Shown: in pieces, positions 48,365 through 58,089 of the stretch
How the letters are laid out: every line of letters starts with the position of its first letter
How positions within the stretch are numbered: the first letter of the stretch is position 1
NCBI GenBank assembly: GCA_049967655.1
Contig: JBMFSH010000015.1
Coordinates: 1 to 63,955, forward strand
From: Acidobacteriota bacterium
GTDB lineage: Bacteria > Acidobacteriota > UBA4820 > DSQY01
Length of the DNA stretch: 63,955 bases
Direction: 5' to 3'
Translations under genes and position numbers: made by a program
The notes under the pieces: generated by a model
What the model was told of the DNA's origin: nothing
Databases searched by the model: none
The model's input: only the letters and a program-made list of their open reading frames with translations

Positions 48365-49002
48365 TTGATCCGCTTGAACCGGCGCCGGCGCCAGCGATGC
48401 TTGAGATCGCTGGCGAAGCTCCGGAACCGCCAGATGCGCTGGACGTAGAGGAGGGCGAACACGGCCCCGCCCAAGTGGGCCAGGTGGGCGATCCCGCCGC
48501 CGGAGCCGAAGATCGAATAGAAGAGGGCGATGCCTCCCCAGACCAAGGCCAGCACCCAGACCTTGATGGGGAGGACGAACCAGATCAGGACCTCGGTGTT
48601 GGGGAAATAGAGGGCGTAGGCGGTGATGAGCCCGAAGATGCCGGCGCTCGCGCCGATCACGACCACTGGCCCGCGCAGGAAAAGAGCCGAGGCCACTCCT
48701 CCAGCCAGCGCCGAGCCCAGGTAGAGAATCAGGAAGCGCCTTCGCCCGAGGAAGAGATCCAGGTCACCCCCGAAGAAGTAGAGGGTGAGCATGTTGAAGA
48801 AGATGTGTCCCACCCCGCCGTGCAGGAAGGCGTAGGTGATCAGGGTGTAGAGGTAGGCGGGGAAGACCCTGCCGGGCACGAGGCCCAGCCAGAGGGTCAG
48901 GGGGGGGAAGAAGTTCTGGAGCAGGAACATTCCCACGTTCAGGCCGATGAGCCAGCCGATGGTCTTAGTCCAGGTGCCGCCGAACCGCACTTGCTGGGGC
49001 AT
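48361..49002 (-). CDS. Rhomboid intramembrane serine protease
   Basis: FLHGGVGHIFFNM, GASAG, AHLAHLGG. Confidence 0.92.
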   Translation of the reverse strand: MPQQVRFGGTWTKTIGWLIGLNVGMFLLQNFFPPLTLWLGLVPGRVFPAYLYTLITYAFLHGGVGHIFFNMLTLYFFGGDLDLFLGRRRFLILYLGSALAGGVASALFLRGPVVVIGASAGIFGLITAYALYFPNTEVLIWFVLPIKVWVLALVWGGIALFYSIFGSGGGIAHLAHLGGAVFALLYVQRIWRFRSFASDLKHRWRRRRFKRIK

Positions 49003-49190
49003 GCCCCCTCCAGGCGGTCATTGTAGCATCGGGTGGAGCGGGAAGTGAGGAAAAAAAGTGAGATGAGACGGGAGATGGGAGACGAAAAGAGGGGAATTCA
49101 TCCCCTCATCACCTCCGAGGCGAATCCTCCGTTGGGGATCCCGAATTCGGCCAGGCTCGCCCGCCCCCTCGCTCGTCCTTTCCCGCTCTC

Positions 49191-49856
49191 TCAGCCTCCG
49201 GTGGCACCGGGACCGACGGAGAGGACCGGCGCTTTGGCCCACTCAGGGGAAGCAAGGCCGGCTAAACGGGAGCAGAGCGCGAGGAGATCCCCGAGCGCCT
49301 CGCCCGCCGCGCCGAAGTAGGGGTGAGGGGATGCGGCCTCCAGCTTGGGCACGAAGCCATAGGCGAAGGGCAGCAGGTGAGAGCCGAGGAGACGCCGGAG
49401 GAGAACCGCTCGGGGTTCCGCCCCCGCCCCGGACGGCGGCTGACCGTTCAACCCGGCCAGCAGATGGGCCAGGATCTCCAGTTCCAGCCCCAGGTGGTCC
49501 GGTGGGATGGAGAGGTCGGGCCGAAGCCTCACGTCCGCCTCCCGCAGAATGGAGCGCAGGTCGTCAAGGCACTCGGGATCCATGAGGCGGCCGCGGGTCT
49601 GCACCGATTCGTAGGGGTGGACCGTAGGACCGCCTTCGCCGTGGAGGAAGAGGCGGACGTACTCGACGGCCTGCAGTCCCGATTGCGCACACGCCGTGAA
49701 CATCTCCTGCAGATGGCCCTGCAGCGGCCGCACCTCATCGCCGGACAGGGTCGCCAGGATGGCCTTGAGGCGCACCTTCACGTCGGCCTCGGGATCCAGA
49801 AAGACGTCCGAGAGCAAGGCGCTGACCTCTGCCAGGGTTTCCGGTCTTACATCCAC
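49191..49856 (-). CDS. TorD/DmsD family redox enzyme maturation chaperone
   Basis: YVRLF..HPYESV, PPDHLGLELE, HLLPF. Confidence 0.85.
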   Translation of the reverse strand: MDVRPETLAEVSALLSDVFLDPEADVKVRLKAILATLSGDEVRPLQGHLQEMFTACAQSGLQAVEYVRLFLHGEGGPTVHPYESVQTRGRLMDPECLDDLRSILREADVRLRPDLSIPPDHLGLELEILAHLLAGLNGQPPSGAGAEPRAVLLRRLLGSHLLPFAYGFVPKLEAASPHPYFGAAGEALGDLLALCSRLAGLASPEWAKAPVLSVGPGATGG

Positions 49857-49964
49857 GGCGTCAGCCTCCCGGCGTGCTTGGATTCCATCTCCCCACCCCC
49901 GGCGTACGGTCGTGCGCCGGGGTCCGGGGGCACTTGCCCCCGAGCCCCGGGCACACCGCGCGCG

Positions 49965-50564
49965 TTACTCTTCTTCCATGAGCTCCCAGCCCGTGATCAT
50001 GGCCTTGAGGTTGGTCAAGGGCGTGGTACCCGTGGTGGTGAGATAGACGTGGCCGATGAGGAAGGCCAGCAGCAGGAAAGCCCCCAGAACGTGGATCGAA
50101 GCGGCCACCGTCAACGTCCAGGTGGGCCACCCGTGGGCGTTGAGATTGGGGTAGAAGAAGTAGACCAGCCCACTGCTCACCTGGACGGGGATGATGAGGA
50201 GCTTGAACCCGAGGTAGGCGAGCCGCTGAAGCGGGTTGAGCTTGGCGGTCCGGCTCTTTCTCACGGGGTGCGGCGCCCCCTTGAAGATTCCGGTCAAGTA
50301 GAAACCGGCCATCTCCTTGAGAAACTTCCGGGTAGGGATGTACTGCTTCCACTCGCCCGTCGTGAAGTGCCAGAAGATGGCAAATACGATGAGGATGAGG
50401 AGAGCCAGCGCGAAGGTGTTGTGGAGGTCGACGGCCCTCTCGTAGCCCAGGATATGGAAGGAGCCGTGGATGTCGAACCCGGTCACGAGCAGGGCCAGGA
50501 TCAGCAGCATCTGGGTCCAGTGCCAGAAGCGTTCGAAGCGCTTGTAGAGTAGTACGCGGGTCAT
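49965..50564 (-). CDS. Di-heme cytochrome b membrane subunit (thiosulfate reductase PhsC/YdhU-like)
   Basis: ERFWHW..TGF, K.NPLQRLAY, His ligands in TM helices (WHW, LHN, IHV, GHVY), AMITGW. Confidence 0.88.
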   Translation of the reverse strand: MTRVLLYKRFERFWHWTQMLLILALLVTGFDIHGSFHILGYERAVDLHNTFALALLILIVFAIFWHFTTGEWKQYIPTRKFLKEMAGFYLTGIFKGAPHPVRKSRTAKLNPLQRLAYLGFKLLIIPVQVSSGLVYFFYPNLNAHGWPTWTLTVAASIHVLGAFLLLAFLIGHVYLTTTGTTPLTNLKAMITGWELMEEE

Positions 50565-52246
50565 TTCGACCTCCTCGACAGGCTGAAGAAGATCCGGCCC
50601 GATGAGTGGACGACGACGGCGACGAGCGTCAACAGGACCACCGCCCACCCCATGAAATCGATCCCGCGGGAACGGTCCCTGCCGGGCAGGTAAAAGCCCT
50701 TGAGCCCCGCGAGCCGGCTCTGTTGAGAGTGGCAGTCGACGCAGGTCAGCGCCTCCTTGGCCGGGGCCACCATGTGGGTGATGGGCCAGATCATGTTGGT
50801 CCGCACGAACCCGTAGTGGCCGCTGTAGGGCAGGCCGGCGATCTCCATGCCGGTCTTGATGGCCGACGGCCAGTCGTGGTCCACCCAGAACGCCCCTGAG
50901 CCCTTGTCCCCATAGAGGTGCGGGACGACCAGCTTGTCGAGCTGGGTATCGTAGGGCTGGTTGCCCTCGTGCACCTTGAAGGGCCAGATCTTGGAATTGG
51001 GGTCGTTATAGGAGCCGATGGTCTGGTTGAGCCACACGGGGCGCTCGGCTGGGAGCTTCTCGGTGGCGAGCATGAAGGACATGCGCCCATCCCAGAACCG
51101 GTAGTCGGGGACGACGTTCTTCTTCCAGACCATGGTGCCGTGGATCGTGGCGTAGGTCACGTCGCCGTCCTTGTCCTTCACCTCGTAGGGCCGGCCGTCC
51201 TTGGTCCGCCCCGCCGTGGACCAGTCCCACCACATGTTGGTGGCGAGCCCGCCACGCGCGAATTCGGGGATGTGGCAGGTCTGGCAGGCCACCTTGCGGT
51301 AGTGGCGGTTGAGCACGAAGGACTTGTGCGGAGCCTCGCCGTGGCAGGAGGCGCAGGACATGTGGCCCAGCTTCTGCCCGGGATACTCCTGGGTCTCCTG
51401 CATGTTGGCCGGAAGCAGGTAGTCGGGACCCGCGATGTGGTGGCCTTCCGTGGTGTGGCAGTCCACGCAGTCCATGCCCGCGCCCTGCTTGGAGAGATGC
51501 ACGTCCTCGTCGGGCTTGCAGTTCAAGAGGCTCTCGTCGAGGTCACCGTGCTTGGTGGCGTCGGCGCCGCCCCCCGCGAAGTGGCACCCGCCGCAGTTGG
51601 CGATGCCCGGGCGCCCCACGTGCTGGGCCACCTCGTCCAACGGCACCGCCGGGTTGGCAAGCCCCGCGGCATCCTTCATGTAATCGCCCGTCGTATCGTG
51701 ACAGACGAGGCAATCTTCGTTCTCGGTCTTCGTGAAATCGAAGGAGCTGTCCTTCCATCCGTAGCCCGCATGGCACTTCGTGCAGGCGGGGTAGTTGCCC
51801 CCCCGGATGCTGATGCAGAAGTTGTTGATCAGCCACCCCCCCTTGCCGTAGTCCGCGTACTTCTTGTCCGGGACCCGCCAGAGCCAGTGCTTGGTCCCCA
51901 TGACCTGCTCCCCCGCCTTCGGATGGCAGGTGAGGCACGCCTTGGTCACCGCGGGGCCATCTCCGTCGGCGAAGGGTCCCTTCAGCGCCGGGTACTTGTC
52001 GTGCTCCGCCGTGCTCCGCGCAGCCTGCCGCGCGTGAGCCTCGGCGTAGGGATGGGAGACCGCCTTGCCTTTGCCTTGCTCCGGGGCGGGAGAGGCGGCG
52101 CTCGCGCCCACGAGAGCCGTCAGCAGCGCCAGGGCCGAAACGACAGAGACGATCCCTGTCCTCAACCGCCCTCGCCTGAAGAGACAGCCGGCCACCTTAA
52201 CCGATATCGGCCTCCGGCGGCCCCTGACTTCATTGCATGTGCTCAT
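50561..52246 (-). CDS. otr: Octaheme tetrathionate reductase-family c-type cytochrome
   Basis: 8 CxxCH motifs counted (CLTCH, CTKCH, CLVCH, CGGCH, CVDCH, CASCH, CQTCH, CVDCH); INNFC, WDWSTAG, HMVAPAKEAL; C-terminal TM; SD AAGGAG before 52246. Confidence 0.9.
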   Translation of the reverse strand: MSTCNEVRGRRRPISVKVAGCLFRRGRLRTGIVSVVSALALLTALVGASAASPAPEQGKGKAVSHPYAEAHARQAARSTAEHDKYPALKGPFADGDGPAVTKACLTCHPKAGEQVMGTKHWLWRVPDKKYADYGKGGWLINNFCISIRGGNYPACTKCHAGYGWKDSSFDFTKTENEDCLVCHDTTGDYMKDAAGLANPAVPLDEVAQHVGRPGIANCGGCHFAGGGADATKHGDLDESLLNCKPDEDVHLSKQGAGMDCVDCHTTEGHHIAGPDYLLPANMQETQEYPGQKLGHMSCASCHGEAPHKSFVLNRHYRKVACQTCHIPEFARGGLATNMWWDWSTAGRTKDGRPYEVKDKDGDVTYATIHGTMVWKKNVVPDYRFWDGRMSFMLATEKLPAERPVWLNQTIGSYNDPNSKIWPFKVHEGNQPYDTQLDKLVVPHLYGDKGSGAFWVDHDWPSAIKTGMEIAGLPYSGHYGFVRTNMIWPITHMVAPAKEALTCVDCHSQQSRLAGLKGFYLPGRDRSRGIDFMGWAVVLLTLVAVVVHSSGRIFFSLSRRSK

Positions 52247-52355
52247 GCCCGACTCCTTGTTCTGTCCGCCCTTTCCCTGGCTCATGGTTTTACAATCAAA
52301 AGGCGGCGTTAGCCGACGGGTTCTTCGCTTCGGATTCCTTTAGAAATGGAGGAGC

Positions 52356-52384
52356 GGCGGGAGGCGCGGATTGCGCCTCCCGCC
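52356..52384. other. 12-bp GC hairpin between the DUF3373 gene and otr
   Basis: GGCGGGAGGCGC-GGATT-GCGCCTCCCGCC; no U-tract. Confidence 0.6.
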
Positions 52385-52400
52385 TGGGTGCTCAGCGGCC

Positions 52401-54020
52401 TTAGAAGCGGGCCTCCAGCATGACGTAGGCGTTCTTGACGGTCTTGGGGAAGGGATAGAAGAGCTGGGGGTTGTTGCCCAGGTCCAGTGAACTCAGGTTG
52501 GTGGGCGCGATCTGCCACCCGCTGTAGGCCGTGGAATAATCGTAGTGGATGTAGCCCATCTTGAGCATGACGTTCTTGTTGAAGTTCCAGTGGACGTAGC
52601 CCTCCCAGACATCGCCGCGGGCTGCGAGCTTGTCGCTCTCCTCGCCGGCGCTGGGGGTGAAGGTGTACCAGCGCTTGGAGCCGTGGTTGAACTCGGCGCC
52701 CAGGGTCCACTGGGGAGTGGCCTTCCACCGCACGCCGGCGTAGTAGGCGCTCGCGGTCTGGCTGTGGTTGGGGTCGCCCAGCAGGCCGCCGAAGCCGTAG
52801 GCGCTCACCTGGCCGTTGGGATGGCTCTTGATGTAGCCGCCGCTGACGAAGTAGACGAAGTTGTCGCCGATGTGGTGCTCCCAGGTCAGGCCGTACTGGT
52901 CCATGTCCCCCAGGTTCCGGGTGGCGGTCACGTACTGCGGAGAGGGCTGGGCGTAGGGGCCGGGGATGGGGAAGTTGATGAGGGCGCCGTAGGGAATGTC
53001 GGTCATGTCGTTGAAGCGGTTGTAGCCCAAGATGAACTCGGCGTTGTTGACCGTGTTGCCGGCCATCCACATGAGGGGCATGTCGTAGATGAGGCCCACC
53101 ACCTTGCTGTCCCGCATGCCGTTGATGCGAGCGACGCCGAAGGGGGTCATGGTGTAACTCTCGGCCGTCTGCCCGCCGCCGCCGAAGCCAGCCTCGTAGC
53201 CCACGCCGGCGCAGATGCCGATCGTGGTGCCGTCGGGGAGGCCCAGGTCCTTCAGGCCGTATTCGGCGTGGACGCCGTCCACCTCGGCGTTCACCATGAT
53301 GGCCATGGGCGTCCCGTCCCGCTCGCTCTCGGCGCGGATCTCGAGGGGCGGACCGTCGCTGGTGTTCATGCGGCCGATGGCGAAGGAGAAGGGAATGTTC
53401 GTGAAGTGGTAGACCATGAGGGCCCGCTCCACGTGCAGCACGTCGCTGTTGGGAACGCTGGCCGAGTCAAAGGAATCCAAGACGGTGTTCGGCGAGCCGT
53501 TGAAAATCGGCACGTCCGCGCCGCCGTAGAGCTGGTACATGGAGAGCCGGCCCATGAACTTCAGGTTGTCGTTGACCTTCGCGTTCATGGTCAGGCGCAT
53601 GCGAATGCTCCAGTCCATGGAGTTGTTCCAATCCTGTCCGGGAACCTGCTGGAACATGGGCATGTGGGTCTGCGGGTTGAAACCCGTGAACTGCTGGTAG
53701 GGGTTGATGTGCCAGTTCTGGTAGCCGTAACCCACGCGGAGGTCGCCGCCCCAGTTGATGCGGTCTTCGCTGGTCTTGACCTCCACCTTGGAGAGGCGGG
53801 CGTCCAGGTTGGAGACCTCCTTTTCCAGGGCGGGGGCCGGAACGGGCGCCGCCTGCTCCTGCGCCACGGCCTTCTCTTGGGCCGCCACCTTGGACTCCAG
53901 GCTCTGAAGCTGCTGCTTCAAGGCCTCGATCTGTTTCATGAGTTCCTCATTGGTCTGCGCCATCAGCCCTACGGGCATGAGCAACGCAACCATCAGTCCG
54001 GCGAGAACAACCTTCCTCAT
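52401..54020 (-). CDS. DUF3373-type outer-membrane beta-barrel (putative porin)
   Basis: Signal peptide, coiled coil, WGGDLR, EFNHGSKRW..F, KLAARG, SGW, C-terminal Phe. Confidence 0.78.
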   Translation of the reverse strand: MRKVVLAGLMVALLMPVGLMAQTNEELMKQIEALKQQLQSLESKVAAQEKAVAQEQAAPVPAPALEKEVSNLDARLSKVEVKTSEDRINWGGDLRVGYGYQNWHINPYQQFTGFNPQTHMPMFQQVPGQDWNNSMDWSIRMRLTMNAKVNDNLKFMGRLSMYQLYGGADVPIFNGSPNTVLDSFDSASVPNSDVLHVERALMVYHFTNIPFSFAIGRMNTSDGPPLEIRAESERDGTPMAIMVNAEVDGVHAEYGLKDLGLPDGTTIGICAGVGYEAGFGGGGQTAESYTMTPFGVARINGMRDSKVVGLIYDMPLMWMAGNTVNNAEFILGYNRFNDMTDIPYGALINFPIPGPYAQPSPQYVTATRNLGDMDQYGLTWEHHIGDNFVYFVSGGYIKSHPNGQVSAYGFGGLLGDPNHSQTASAYYAGVRWKATPQWTLGAEFNHGSKRWYTFTPSAGEESDKLAARGDVWEGYVHWNFNKNVMLKMGYIHYDYSTAYSGWQIAPTNLSSLDLGNNPQLFYPFPKTVKNAYVMLEARF

Positions 54021-54085
54021 ACATCCCTCCTATCTTGGCCGGCCGTCCCCCGCACGGGGGAGCGTGCCGTTGGAATGGGCGGCCA

Positions 54086-54421
54086 TCAGCCGCCGCAGGT
54101 CATGGGTTGGGGCGAATCCGAAGCGTGGTTCACGAAGAAGGCCTCCACATCGGCGAGCTGCGCCTTGGTCAGGTACTTGGTCAGCTCCTCCTTGCCGTTG
54201 TCGTGTTTGCCCTTCGCGAAATAGGCCTTCCACTGGGCAGAGGTGTGAATGAGGGGAGTCACCTCACCGTGAGGCGAGCCCGTCCCGTGGCAGGGCTTGC
54301 ACGTCTTGATGGCGTAATACTTGCCCTTGGCCTCGCTAGCCGCTCCCGCGGCGGCGGCGGCCACCATGGCACCGAGGCCGGCGGCGATCACCGCGGTTTT
54401 GATCCATTTCGAAGACATCAT
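54086..54421 (-). CDS. Small periplasmic monoheme cytochrome c
   Basis: Signal peptide, CKPCH, C-terminal HASDSPQPMTCGG; SD AGGAGG. Confidence 0.85.
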   Translation of the reverse strand: MMSSKWIKTAVIAAGLGAMVAAAAAGAASEAKGKYYAIKTCKPCHGTGSPHGEVTPLIHTSAQWKAYFAKGKHDNGKEELTKYLTKAQLADVEAFFVNHASDSPQPMTCGG

Positions 54422-54459
54422 GAAACACCTCCTTTCGAACAGGCCCTCCTAGTGGAAGA

Positions 54460-54640
54460 AGCGTGCCAAGATCAATGTCCATATTTATCAGCATATACAT
54501 CAATACCCGCTGCCACGTTCCGCAGGAACGAGTGTTTCATATAAGGACGGAGCAGGGAGGTGATGGAGAAAATTATCTTTTTTATAAGGAGGTTAATAGA
54601 ATCGTGAAACACCATGGAACATTTGTTCTAAATGGATGGC
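54460..54640. promoter_or_regulatory. AT-rich regulatory region upstream of the cytochrome cluster
   Basis: AT-rich tract; minus-strand direct repeat TGATGTATATG / TGATAAATATG. Confidence 0.5.
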
Positions 54641-54848
54641 ACGCCGCCCTGTCTCCTTCCCCCTCCCGATTTTCCCCTCTCCCCTCGCTCCCATACCGTT
54701 TCGCCTTTCTTTCGCGCTTCGCCTCCCGCCCCTCCGGGGTGGAGCGAATGATCGAAGTGGGTTATGCTGAGAACGCCGCCTCTTCCAGGCGGCCCCTGCT
54801 TCGGCGGCGCGGCGAGTTGGGCGGGGTGGAGCGGTGGAGGGAGTTCTC

Positions 54849-55874
54849 ATGCGTCCAGGCACCCGGCTGAAATCTCTGCCCCAGCGGGCCGAGCTCCTGC
54901 ACCTCAGCCAGCGCGTGCAGAGCCTCGTCGGCGACCGGCTCTCGCAGATGGAAAGGCTCATCGCCGAACACCTCCGCTCGACCTATACTCCGGTCGCCGA
55001 GATGGGCGCCTACCTGGCTGCCAGCCGAGGCAAACGCATCCGACCCACGGTCCTGCTCCTGGTGAGCAAGATGCTCGGCTACGAGGGGGACAAGGACATC
55101 GCCTTCGGGGCCATCTTCGAGTTCATCCACACGGCCACCCTCATCCACGACGACATCGTGGACCAGGCCCTCCTCCGAAGGGGCCAGCCGTCCCTGGCCT
55201 CCCGATGGGGGCCCGAGCTCGCCGTCCTCATGGGGGACCGCGTCTTCATCATGGCCATGGACCTGGCCGTTCAGGAGGGCTGGAGCCCCATCCTTCCCCT
55301 GCTCTCCAAGACCACCCTCCGCCTGATCGAGGGCGAGCTGATCCAGAGCCACCGCAAATGGGATCTCACCCTGCGGCGCGAGGACAACCTGGAGATCATC
55401 AAGAACAAGACGGCCCACCTCTTCGCCGCCTGCGCCCAGACCCCCGCGCACCTGACGGGATCGCCCGAACCGGTGAGGCAGGCCCTCGAGGATTTCGGCG
55501 TGAACATGGGCATCGCCTTCCAGCTCGTGGACGACTGCCTGGACTTCGTCTCCGACGAAGCGACCCTCGGCAAACCCGCGGGCAACGACCTGAAGGAGGG
55601 CAAGGTCACCCTGCCCGTCCTCCTCCTGCTGGAGCAGGGGACCCCCGAGGACCGCGCCTTCGTGGAAGCCGTGGTGGCCAGCCGCCGCTTTGACCCGCAG
55701 ACCCTTCGGGAGATGGCCGACCGAGTGGTGGATTCGGGCATGCTCCACGAGGCCGAGGGGGTCGCCGCCGGATATGCCCAGAAGGCCAAGGAGGCCCTCG
55801 GCATCTTCTCCGACGGCCCCGTCCGCGAACTGCTGGCCCTCCTTCCCGACTACATCCTGCGCCGGCGCTTCTGA
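54849..55874 (+). CDS. Long-chain trans-polyprenyl diphosphate synthase (IspB/HepT family)
   Basis: GKRIRP, HTATLIHDDIVD..RRG, KTA, FQLVDDCLD, GKPAGNDLKEGKVTLP. Confidence 0.93.
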   Translation: MRPGTRLKSLPQRAELLHLSQRVQSLVGDRLSQMERLIAEHLRSTYTPVAEMGAYLAASRGKRIRPTVLLLVSKMLGYEGDKDIAFGAIFEFIHTATLIHDDIVDQALLRRGQPSLASRWGPELAVLMGDRVFIMAMDLAVQEGWSPILPLLSKTTLRLIEGELIQSHRKWDLTLRREDNLEIIKNKTAHLFAACAQTPAHLTGSPEPVRQALEDFGVNMGIAFQLVDDCLDFVSDEATLGKPAGNDLKEGKVTLPVLLLLEQGTPEDRAFVEAVVASRRFDPQTLREMADRVVDSGMLHEAEGVAAGYAQKAKEALGIFSDGPVRELLALLPDYILRRRF

Positions 55875-56575
55875 TGGGCTACGGATGGATCTTCTTCGAC
55901 CTCTTCGACACCCTGTGCAAGGTGGACGAGGGGCTCTACTACGAGGGGAAGCTGAAGACCGCCGAGGCCGCGGGGCTGGACTTCCAGCGCTTCGTGACCG
56001 CCTGGCGGGCCACCTCTTCCGAAGCCAGCACCGGCAAGCTCAAAACCCCCTACGAGCGGGCCGTCAAGGCCCTGCGGTCCCTCGGGGTCGAGGACCGTGC
56101 GGCGGCGTCCGAGGTGGCCAAGCGCGACGTGGAGACGATCCAGGCCTGCGCCTCCTTCTACGACGGGGCTGAAGAGGCCCTGGCCACTCTGCGCCAGCGG
56201 GGCTTTCGTTTGGGGCTCATCAGCAACGCCACGGCCACCACCGCCTTCATCGTCTCACCGCTCGGGCTTCGTCAGAGGCTGGACCTGCTCGTCTTCTCCT
56301 ACGAGGTGGGGGCCATGAAACCGGAGCCGGCCATCTTTCAGGCCGCCCTCCAGAGGGCCGGAGCGGACGCTTCGACCTCCCTCTTCGTGGGCGACGGCGC
56401 CAACCGGGAGCTCGACGCAGCCGAGGAGCTCGGATTCGGCGTCCTCTGCATGGACCACCCGGAGAAGGCCCACTCCTTCCGCGACAAGAACAGGCTCTCC
56501 CGTCCCGACCACCCCCGCGTCGGCGGCTTCGCCGAAATGCTCGCCCTGCCGGAGTTGGGGAAAAGTGGGAAGTGA
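55874..56575 (+). CDS. HAD-family hydrolase
   Basis: FDLFDTL, ISN, KPEPAIF, VGDG..ELD. Confidence 0.88.
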   Translation: MGYGWIFFDLFDTLCKVDEGLYYEGKLKTAEAAGLDFQRFVTAWRATSSEASTGKLKTPYERAVKALRSLGVEDRAAASEVAKRDVETIQACASFYDGAEEALATLRQRGFRLGLISNATATTAFIVSPLGLRQRLDLLVFSYEVGAMKPEPAIFQAALQRAGADASTSLFVGDGANRELDAAEELGFGVLCMDHPEKAHSFRDKNRLSRPDHPRVGGFAEMLALPELGKSGK

Positions 56576-56740
56576 GGAGTAAGGAGTGAGGAGTGCGTGC
56601 CCTCATCCATCACATTGGTGGAGAGTGGAGGGTGGAGGGCCGGGGAAGACGCTTCGGCCGCATTCCCAAATCTTGGTGTCTTGGTGGTGAATCCTTTTCC
56701 AAGTCCCCAATTCCTCTGTGTCTCTGTGCCTCTGTGGTGC
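56572..56740. repeat. Composite intergenic repeat copy
   Basis: GTGAGGA-type copies, (GTGGAGR)n, TCTTGGTGTCTTGGTGGTGAATCCTTTT, 3x CTCTGTG. Confidence 0.75.
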
Positions 56741-56769
56741 TCCCTTCTTTCCGCCTCCCCATTCCTGCT

Positions 56770-58089
56770 TCATTCCCCTCGCTTGAGCTCGACGCGGGCG
56801 GTGAGGCCCTCGCCGGGGGCGTTGCAGAGGACCAGCCGGCCGCCCATGCTGGCCGCGAGTTCCCGGCAGATGAGCAGGCCCAGGCCCGTCCCGCCGGGCT
56901 TGGTGGTGAGGTAGGGGGTGAAGGGGGCCACGGCGGCCTCGGGCGGAAGCCCTCCGCCGTGGTCCTCCACGGTGAGGACGCAGAGGGGCCCCTCGGCGCT
57001 GGCGCCGAAGCGCACCGTGCCGCCCTTCCCCTCCGAGGCCTCCACGGCGTTTCGGACCAGGTTGAACAGCAGGTGATAGAGGCTCGATTCGTCGGCCATG
57101 GCGCGCAGCGCTCCCCCGGCCTTCACCGCGAGGCGGACGCCGGCCTTGGCCGCGAAGGGGGCCAGGGCCTGTTCCACCTCCCTGAGGATCGTCGTGACCT
57201 CCACCGGCTGAAGCGTCGGAGCCTCCATCTCGCCGAGCGCCCTGAAGCGCCCGGCCAGCTCCATGAGGCGGTCCACCTGTCCCAGCAGGACCTCCACGGC
57301 CCGGCCGGCGGTCTCGCGGAACTGCTCCTCGCCGGGGGGTGTGCTTTGCAACTCTTGGAGCCAGAGGCGCATGGGCGTTAGGGGGTTGCGAAGCTCGTGG
57401 GCGAGGAAGCGCGCCATCTGCTTGTAGGCGGCGAAGCGCTCCTGCTCCAGCGCCCGGGTCAGGTCGATCCAGTGCCACAGAACCCTGTCGCCCGTCGCCC
57501 GCCGCTCCAGGGTGTACACGCGGCCCTCGTACAGAGCCTGCTGGCCCGGCTCCCGGTGGCCGCTCTCCCAGAGGGCCCGCCCGATCTGATTGAAGTAGAG
57601 CGCCGTGCCGGCGGCGTCGGCCATCCTGATGCCGTCGGGCATCATCTCCAGCACCCCCGACATGAGGGCCGCCCCCGCCCTGAGGTCCCGCTTGAGGCGG
57701 GCCTCCCTCGAGAGCTGGCGGAGGACTACCAGGAGATAGGGCAGGTCCAGCGGCTTCTCCACGAAGTCCACGGCACCACGCTCCCTCGCCTTCCGAGCCG
57801 TCTCGGCCTCGCCGTAGCCCGTCATGATGATGGCCAGGAGGGTGGGCACCTTCAGGAGCAGCTCGTCCAGGAGGGTCAGACCGTCCTTGCCGGGAAGGCG
57901 CAGATCGATGAGGGCCAGGTCGGGCGGGGGCTGCACCTCCGCCGCCGCCAGGGCCTCCTCAGGCGTGGCCGCCACGCGAATCGCCAGGCCGGCGTGCTTG
58001 GTGAGTATCCTATCCAGCTCCGCCCGCGTCCTGGCGTCGTCCTCTACCAGGAGGAGCGTCAGGTCCGGCTGCCGCGCCTCAAGGGCCAT
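56770..58089 (-). CDS. Hybrid receiver-histidine kinase (REC-PAS-like-HisKA-HATPase)
   Basis: LLVEDD, IDLRLPGKDG, MTGYG, EKP; H-box AHELRNPL; NLVRNA, GTGLGL. Confidence 0.9.
   Translation of the reverse strand: MALEARQPDLTLLLVEDDARTRAELDRILTKHAGLAIRVAATPEEALAAAEVQPPPDLALIDLRLPGKDGLTLLDELLLKVPTLLAIIMTGYGEAETARKARERGAVDFVEKPLDLPYLLVVLRQLSREARLKRDLRAGAALMSGVLEMMPDGIRMADAAGTALYFNQIGRALWESGHREPGQQALYEGRVYTLERRATGDRVLWHWIDLTRALEQERFAAYKQMARFLAHELRNPLTPMRLWLQELQSTPPGEEQFRETAGRAVEVLLGQVDRLMELAGRFRALGEMEAPTLQPVEVTTILREVEQALAPFAAKAGVRLAVKAGGALRAMADESSLYHLLFNLVRNAVEASEGKGGTVRFGASAEGPLCVLTVEDHGGGLPPEAAVAPFTPYLTTKPGGTGLGLLICRELAASMGGRLVLCNAPGEGLTARVELKRGE

Noticed and set aside
54453..54468. Minus-strand TGGCACGCTTCTTCCA as a sigma54 promoter for the cytochrome cluster
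   Set aside because: The -24 element is perfect but the conserved -12 GC reads CC, so it cannot be supported
54617..54628. GAAC-ATTT-GTTC resembling a Gram-positive LexA box
   Set aside because: Single short match with non-consensus flanks; neighbouring genes are not SOS genes
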